A stretch of 49,279 nucleotides of DNA, the filler included, from Sphacelaria rigidula (lineage: Eukaryota), in the NCBI GenBank assembly GCA_964200075.2. It is 3 parts of 3 records of this genome, joined end to end, with 100 filler letters (N's around TTAATTAATTAA, not from the genome) between each part and the next. Parts side by side here need not be neighbours in the genome. Positions count along the whole stretch, not along the records: positions 32,922 to 49,279 come from CAXNAA020001386.1; 2 more parts are not named here. One strand, given 5' to 3'. The notes beneath the pieces are model-generated. The model did no database searches. It was not told the origin of the DNA and saw only the letters and a program-made list of their open reading frames with translations. This document shows positions 42,101 to 49,279 of the stretch, one piece after another (the first letter of the stretch is position 1; each line of letters begins with the position of its first letter). The position numbers and the translations under genes were made by a program.

Positions 42101-45100
42101 TGCCGACATGCACGTGTGGTGCAGTACAGCAACTACTATCGCCATCCTCCATCGATCAGGAGGGTACCCTCCCTCCTCAAATAGGATACCCCCCCTCCTA
42201 CGGCCCCAGAATGAGGTTTTGGCGACCAGGGGGGGGGGGCGTACTCATTTGTTGCTTGCCTTCGTCGTTTGACCATTGACAACGCATCCCTTTCGAGACG
42301 ACCTGGGGGGAATGGTGCCGTCATTTCCCGATATGGGGCCCCTCGGCCCAGCGTGCAGCTGCTTGACCCTTGACGCTGTCTCCTGTCTGCCCGAGAAACA
42401 GCAGTTTGCAACTTATAGTCTGTGGCATACCGGGGAGTAAGTCCTGTACGTGTACTTGAAAACAGGCACGGTAGTGGCTGGGACTAATGCGGGACGACCT
42501 AGGGGGAATTTTCCGGAAAACGGCTCGCGTCTCAGCGCCGGCTTGCTGCGGGCCCTTGCGACTGTAGGGTGACGGCGATAACACGAACACGATTTATGCT
42601 TCAATACAACTTTACGCTTTCGTGCAACGACACATCACGATACCCTGGGTGCGTGCGGCAGGCCTCCATTTTAGGGCCACTTCTAACAAGGGCGCAGCCG
42701 AGACCACTCCGGTTTCACCGCCGCAATCCAAGACCAACGTCACAAACACCGAGATAAATCGAAATTGGAAGCGCCGATCTATTCAAGACAAACCACTTGG
42801 CCATTTTGTTATTTTGTGTGTGCTGTTCTGACTGTGTGATGGTGCCGTGCGCTTCCACCTACACACCGATATCCGCCTTCCGGGATGTCGAACGCTCCAG
42901 TGGCAACGTACGACAGAAAGGATGTCGCCGCCTCGTGCAAGACCCGAAGGGACATTCCGAAACTGATATTATCTGAATAATTAAATGACTACTTTTAACT
43001 GTCGATCGGATTCTAGACTCGTAACCTCCCGAAAACGTGTGTCTATATGGTAGGGGAAGAAGTACGGGTACGCTGGAGCCTCTTCGTGCCGCCGTTACAA
43101 CACCGAGGGGCGAGCGTTATCCGAAACAAATTTTAATCACGTTTCGCTAGCGTGCGAGCATTTCGGATGCTTCATTCCGATGTTTCTCCCCCTCAAAAAC
43201 CGAAATGAAGCGGCTCGTAGTTTCCCCCAAGACGACTTCCTGTGTACAAGATCAGTCAAGACACCCGGCCCTTGGGTAGCCACAGGTGCTCGCTAGCGAT
43301 GGAGGTGTCCCAAACACGTGGTGATGTTCCGGCGCAGTTTTAACAATGACCCCCGGAGATTAGCTTCTTGTTATTCGACGGAGGTCCGCCGCGTGGATGG
43401 ATCGCTGCAGAAAACATATTTCAAAGAGACCGCAGAGGCTGGCGCGGCGGGTACAAATGAGATATACACGGGACAGGCGTTTCAGGAGCGGTGTTGCGCA
43501 CAAGAAGTAGGATGAAGATCTTCATTGCAACTCTGCCGTGCCGCCGCCGTGACGCCTTTCATGGCATTTTGCGCCATGTAAATCTTGCCCTGCGACTCAA
43601 CACCCGCTTAGGGATGGGGAACGCGGTCGTGCCTTCGCTTACTTCATTTACAGGCTGCTGCGATCACTGCGGTACTTGCAAGGGGGAATTAGCAGATTTC
43701 CGATCATGGCATGGGATCCCTGTCTTTAATGGTCTCATTAACGCCGTCTCGGTCGCCGCACTGCAATTCTTCTTCCTCAGGTAAAATTCCCCCGAAAAAT
43801 GCCTCACACGGCCGACCGGTGACCCTCGTAGTCCGCCGAAAAGGCTCAACACTTCATACCTCTACTGGAAACTCTTGCGCGACTGTCGAAAGTTCGTAGC
43901 TCTTTCCACGCCACCTCTCCTGCGTTTCACACACGCATCCCGTCTTCCACTTACACAATGAAACAGCATGCGGTGCTGCCAGCACCTATGCATTGGTTTC
44001 GAGTCTCCTCATAGTCGTCAATCATTGCACACTTCGAGAGAGAAGCATCCGATAGGAAATAACGATCGCCGACGCATCAACAAAGAGCCGTGTCGCCAGC
44101 GCAACGGGCGCGCAATGGCATATCGGAACTTATGGCATACATCACCGTCGACGACTTCACCAACGCTGCTCTAAAATCTATAGCAGTAGCCTGTTACTCC
44201 CGCTTTATCACCACCGTGACTGGTAACTCTTCCCGTCCCCCGCCTCGCGAGCGCTTGCCACCACCTGATGTCGAGCAGGGTACGCGCGGTGAACATGCGT
44301 ATTCCAAAGGGGGGAGCTAAGGGTTGCTAGTCGTGCATGTCGCATGTTGGTTAAGATAACATGTTGGCACCGTGCGACCTTGGCGCCGTCCTTAGGATGA
44401 CACAGGATCGCCGCGCGGAGCGTTCTAGTCATTCACCGCCTCGTCTGGTGTGCAAGGGACTTGTGCGATGCCTCGCAAAGGATTCCCCCGCATCTCTAAG
44501 ATCAGCGCGATAGGATTGCTTGCACGCACCCATCCCCCGCACGTGTGCTCCATATCGTTCGTGCATCATCATCACGCACAACGAGTGTCATAGGGAAACA
44601 AAACGTCTCGAAAAAGATACAATACCAGGGTTTTGTGGACGCCGCGTTGCCGGCAGACCCAAGATTTGTGCTGTTGTGTCCCCCATATCTCGGCTTGTGA
44701 TCACGCTTCGACTCTTTCTATCTCGCCGCGTGCTTCGTGGACTGTGTGCGTCCTGATCATTCTGACCTAGTCCCAACATCTCGCGATTGGGTTCCCCCGA
44801 CTACTGAGGGCAAGCAAGGATGAATGCCATTGATAGTCTGACGTCGATTTCGAATGACTTCAGGGTTCGCTCTACCTTCACATTTTTTGTCATCCCGCGT
44901 GTGCCTTTCTTTACCTGTAACACAGTCGCACGCTTGTAGCTGTACGTGAGGATCTTACTGGCAAATATCAAACGCCCCGGTGCCTAGGTTCGACGAGAAG
45001 CATCCCGGTGCTCACTTAAGGGCCGAAGCGGCATGTCGGAACTGAAATTATTTCATTATTTAGACCACCGTTTCTCACTCCATATCGCATCCTACACTGT

Positions 45101-46138
45101 CAATGTAATGAGAGCATTGGTTTAAGGCAGGAGAGCTCCTACAGCCATCCTTGTCCGGGTGACCTCGTGACACAGCATGTCGGGCAGCTGCAACGAGAAC
45201 AAAAGTTGCCACAAGCATGCTCGCCTTCAAAACCCTCCAGTCACCAACAAGGGCGGAGGCCGAAATGTTTCAGCAATGCCGCGGGTGTATACCTCCACGC
45301 GCTGGCCACACGTTAACATTTTGCGGGCGCTGCAAATGTTTGCTAGTTCAATGATTTTCTGAAAGAGACTGTTCGAATAGTGACGTTTACTTTTGATGAG
45401 AGCCCGCGTGAGAGGACTCGAAAAACAAAATACAAATTCGTGGACCGCGACGGGAAGCATCGATCGCTAAACATTTGCCGTGATACAGGACGCCGTACGT
45501 GCAGCTACGATGATGTCTTCAATTTCTGACAACGTGTGCCCAAGACACGGAAAATAATGCGATGCAGACGTGGTGCAGGGCAACAATATCACCGGTGTCC
45601 CCACGGCGTTCGCACCCTGACTGTCTAAGTGAGGGCCTATCCCGCAACGTTCCCCCGGCGGCGTTCATGCTGGCATACCTGCCAATGAGGAACGCAATGA
45701 GCAGTCAGCCCGCGGTTATGTCATGGATTGCTGGTGTCACAGTCACAAATCCGCGCCGAATACGGCTCTACTTGCAACGCCGATGCACACGCCGACGCCG
45801 TCTGCCACCTCAGGCGTCGGCATCACGATCACATACCACACGAGACAGCTAAGCAGAGTGGAGCAGAGTACAGTACAGTAGAGGACGGGACAGATCATCG
45901 ATCGGTGACCACGCAAGGAGCATATTTGCAGTCGAAAAAAATCACCACTACACCATTGTTACTTGGGGAGGAGTGGGAAATGGCACTCCCGTGTGCGCGG
46001 TTGGCACACATGAGACATCTAAAAATCCACATATGTTTTCATCGGATGAGGGGTTCAACGTCTACATTTTCTCATAATATCCTTTTTTTTCCTTTACCCC
46101 GTACACACGAAACGAAAAACCTTTTTCAACACGCGCAG

Positions 46139-46280
46139 GTGTTCTTAGCCCTCGTATTGGTTTGGAACGTGGGCACTATTACGACTGACGAGGCACTCTC
46201 CGGCTTCAACAACCCCGGAGTGCTGGCCGTAGGGTCCCTGTTCGTTGTCATCAAGGGGGTCGAGAGGTCTCGGCTAGCAG
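46139..46280 (+). CDS. Internal exon of an SLC13/DASS (CitMHS-like, SAC1/SLT-type Na+/sulfate) transporter
   Basis: Pyrimidine tract then gcag|GTG...GCA G|gtatgt, 142 nt. VFLALVLVWNVGTITTDEALSGFNNPGVLAVGSLFVVIKGVERSRLA fits the G-I-I-T..EAL-S-GF-S-N..V..V..LFVV N-terminal motif of this family. Confidence 0.8.
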
Positions 46281-48366
46281 GTATGTCCCGTAGGTCAGTT
46301 ACACTACAGTATAGATTGTTTCCCATCGTTGAAGGCGTGAGCACTCGAGTAAGGCAGGGGGGCATGTTCGACGAGAGTCGACGCGGTGTGAGAGTGCTGA
46401 TGATCATGATTCAAACCGCGTCACCAAAAAGTGTCATGTGCCGTGGAAGAGAGGGGGTTGATCCCTAGAGACTGCGGACTTGTCCCTGAGTACGAAGCGG
46501 AAAAAAAAAGGAGAACATCAAACGGGAAGAAATACAGGTCAGGATATGATATCCCGTGGCGTGTATCGATGGACAGAACGATAAAGGAACTGCAGTAGGG
46601 GCTTCCCTCGTGGTCCCCCACCGTAGTGCTGACCTGGCCTGGTGCTGCTTATCAAACAGAACGAAAGAAGAATAGCACCAGGGCTTCCTACGTGATCCCC
46701 CCCCGTAGAACTAGCCTGCCCCGACGCCACTGAACTTCTCAGAGTGCACGGGATGTGGTGCTGTCGACGTGGTACGGCCGTTCCTGTTGCGGGGTAAGGT
46801 TGTACATGAAACATCTTGTTTGAGATATCTCTTATGGGTATGGATAGTATGCTTCTTGCATTCGATGACCACGGGTTCGAGAGATCGAGCTAATGTGGCG
46901 GAAATAATAGTAGTAAAAACAGGAAGAAGAAGAAGAAGAAGACGATGATAAAGAAGAAGAAAAAGGACCAAATAGTGGTAATCCACGGCTGACGCACGTG
47001 ACAGCAGCGCCGCAAGTGCCAACGCCACGGGTCTCGCACCCGTGGTGGTTTTGAACAAAATTGAGAGAAGCAAAAAACGACCCTGACGTCAACCATAATT
47101 TATAAGTAGAAAAGTGTGAGCAAATAAGGGCTTCCAGCCCCATGGCTAGTATGATCGTCAGGGGTGCTAAACTTGGGGGGTGTTAGCCCCCGAAAAGTGT
47201 CCGGGCTGTTTGACGACATGTTACTGTAAATTGCCCACTTTTCTTCGTTTCTTCGGGTACACTTGATTTTAGACGATATCCTTGACATGGAGAAACCGTG
47301 CGTTCAGATGACACCCTCCCGTTTCAGACGCCACATACACTTTTACACCCCTGACACATACTGGGGTTAAACCTTTTCTCCGAATGCCTTTCAAGCTTAC
47401 CCTCAAAACCTGCAGAAATGGGTCGTTTTCCGATTATTTCCGCTGAGCACGGGATGTGCCCCGGAAACCGTTATAACCCGGTGGGTGCATTCGGGTTCGA
47501 AGCACACAACGCAAAGACTAACGAGCAGGCTCCGGCCTTATAGTTAGTGTAAAAATAATATAAACAGTCGTTCGGTTTTTGAATTGTTTTGCTCTAATAA
47601 GGATATTTGGGTCAACATTTCTCTTGTGTGCGTTCGTCAAGCAGGAGCGGTGGGCTTTGTCTTTCTGCTGTATGATCTCTTGGCTTTTGCCGCTACCGGT
47701 GGTTCGTCTGTGTATGAGTGCGCGTGATCTGTGGTGTTGTGGGTGTGCGTGCCATGGCGTGCGCCATCTGCCAGCTCTGTTGTGTGCGTGTGGAATAAAC
47801 AAAGGTGTTGGTTAGACCGGCGGGTCTGCACAAATGTCCTGTGTAACTGGTTCTACTCTGCCGGGAGGTTCTGTTGCTCTTTGTCCATCGGTGCAAAGTG
47901 CTCGCTACGCAAATTGTGCGCTGCCGGGCCTCATTTAGTTAAGAGCGCGTTCTGCGCAAGCTAGGAGCGCAGCCCCCATTAAAGTTCCAGCTTTCAGTGT
48001 CCACACTAAAACCAAGTCGGGACAATGTCACTCTACCAAGCGGTGAACTCTACTATAACGAAGAACCACATAACTGACTCTCCGGAGGAGAAGGTTCAAA
48101 TTCACTTGAAAATATACAGAGAAATGAGCTTTTCAACCCGGGAAGCAGAGCTGGCCTCCGGCAACGTCAAGCGCATAACCTCGCAAATGGCGGAGGAAAA
48201 GGCCAGAGTAGAGCTTGGATTTCCACCATGCAACACCCTGACGCATGGTACTGCTGGTCGACGGTGGGACCAGATGCCCTCACCCTCGACGCCCACACCG
48301 TCGACAGCGTCGAAGCACTCCCCGTCCCCACGAGGTCAAGGCGACGCCATCAACATCATGGCGTCC

Positions 48367-48401
<35 letters not shown>

Positions 48402-48427
48402 ATGGCACACCGAGGCGCAAAGAAGAA

Positions 48428-48437
48428 NNNNNNNNNN
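48428..48437. other. 10-N scaffold gap within low-quality poly-C sequence
   Basis: Ns flanked by near-duplicate ggcgacgccatcaa...catggcg-polyC reads. Confidence 0.85.
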
Positions 48438-49279
48438 CCGTAGACAGGGTCCAAGCACCCCCCCCCCCCCCGAGGGCAAGGCGACGCCATCAAAAACATG
48501 GCGCCCCCCCCCCCCCCCCCGATTCACCGAAAAAAAACTATGGCAAGCGAAGACTAAAAAAATCATGGAAAAAACAACCAACCCCCGGTGATTATTAGAC
48601 ACCACCCTTGACAGCAAAGGAAATCGCTCATCTTGGGACGATGCGGTGCAAACAGTCGGTGAGAAGTTCCGAAGTACTGGATTGACGGCCTGTTGTGCCC
48701 TTTAATTTTATGTACGATCGTGCCCTGTAGGGTGTGATGTTCCGCAGTTCAACTTTCGAATCTTTGAAGAAATTACGGTGGGGGGGATACCTGTACGTTG
48801 TACGCCTCCGGTACTGTGTCTAACCTCCCCCCTCTGGTGACGAATCTTCAACATGTTTGACATTATACCGGTCGATATTCATAGTGCTGTATCGGGGTAC
48901 GTTCTATAGCACTACGGCATTTGCAAGGTAATCGAGATGGAGTACCATGCCCAGGGAGTACCCGTGGTTGTCCGGGTTCTCAGGGTATTGGCAGCGCAGA
49001 GTACTCCTGGGTACCCGGAAACACCGAGCCGCCCACCCGTACCGTACCCCAGCATTACCATCTCCACTATCTTGTATATCACGGGTACTTTGTCGAACCT
49101 CCTCCCGTGATCAAAATTGGGGCTAATTTTTGTACCGCGTCAGTTTCTACCGTACTGTAGCGGAGTGCGTTGTATAATGTTACCCCCGCAATGGACCCCC
49201 CCCCCCCCCCCCCCCCCCCGGTGTTTTCTGCGAGGACCCCCCCGCGACCGGCTGGGGAGCCCCGCGACGCTGGCCGGCC

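Noticed and set aside
43300-45900. Possible decayed transposase on the minus strand
   Set aside because: Patchy open stretches but no motif I can name; needs a translated search.
45728-46468. 246-aa ORF as a complete gene
   Set aside because: Only 46139-46280 is transporter-like and splice-bounded; the rest is intronic read-through.
48025-48617. Pro-rich ORFs
   Set aside because: Produced by poly-C runs and duplicated low-quality sequence around an N gap.

Overview
Repeat-rich, intron-rich eukaryotic DNA. The short exons in long TE-filled introns suggest a brown alga or related stramenopile; this is inference. The window is three contigs joined by artificial N44-TTAATTAATTAA-N44 linkers (16363-16462, 32822-32921), so adjacency across them is unsupported. 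Contig 1 has two exons encoding an AWS (pre-SET) domain, followed by ~15 kb of nested TEs: MITEs, a piggyBac-like element, a Gypsy chromovirus fragment and a decayed full-length Gypsy element with both LTRs and a TSD. Contig 2 holds the main find, a + strand gene (20281-27595) in which 12 consecutive exons each encode one 6-Cys repeat. Nine are exactly 105 nt and symmetric phase 1-1. The introns are co-duplicated with a two-exon higher-order period, a variable loop switches among RGD/LGD/RGN/RGY/RGE/LGN, the tail is Lys/Arg-rich, and the stop codon appears split by an intron. Contig 3 is mostly repeats plus one exon of an SLC13/DASS-type transporter. Most entries in the ORF track are spurious.
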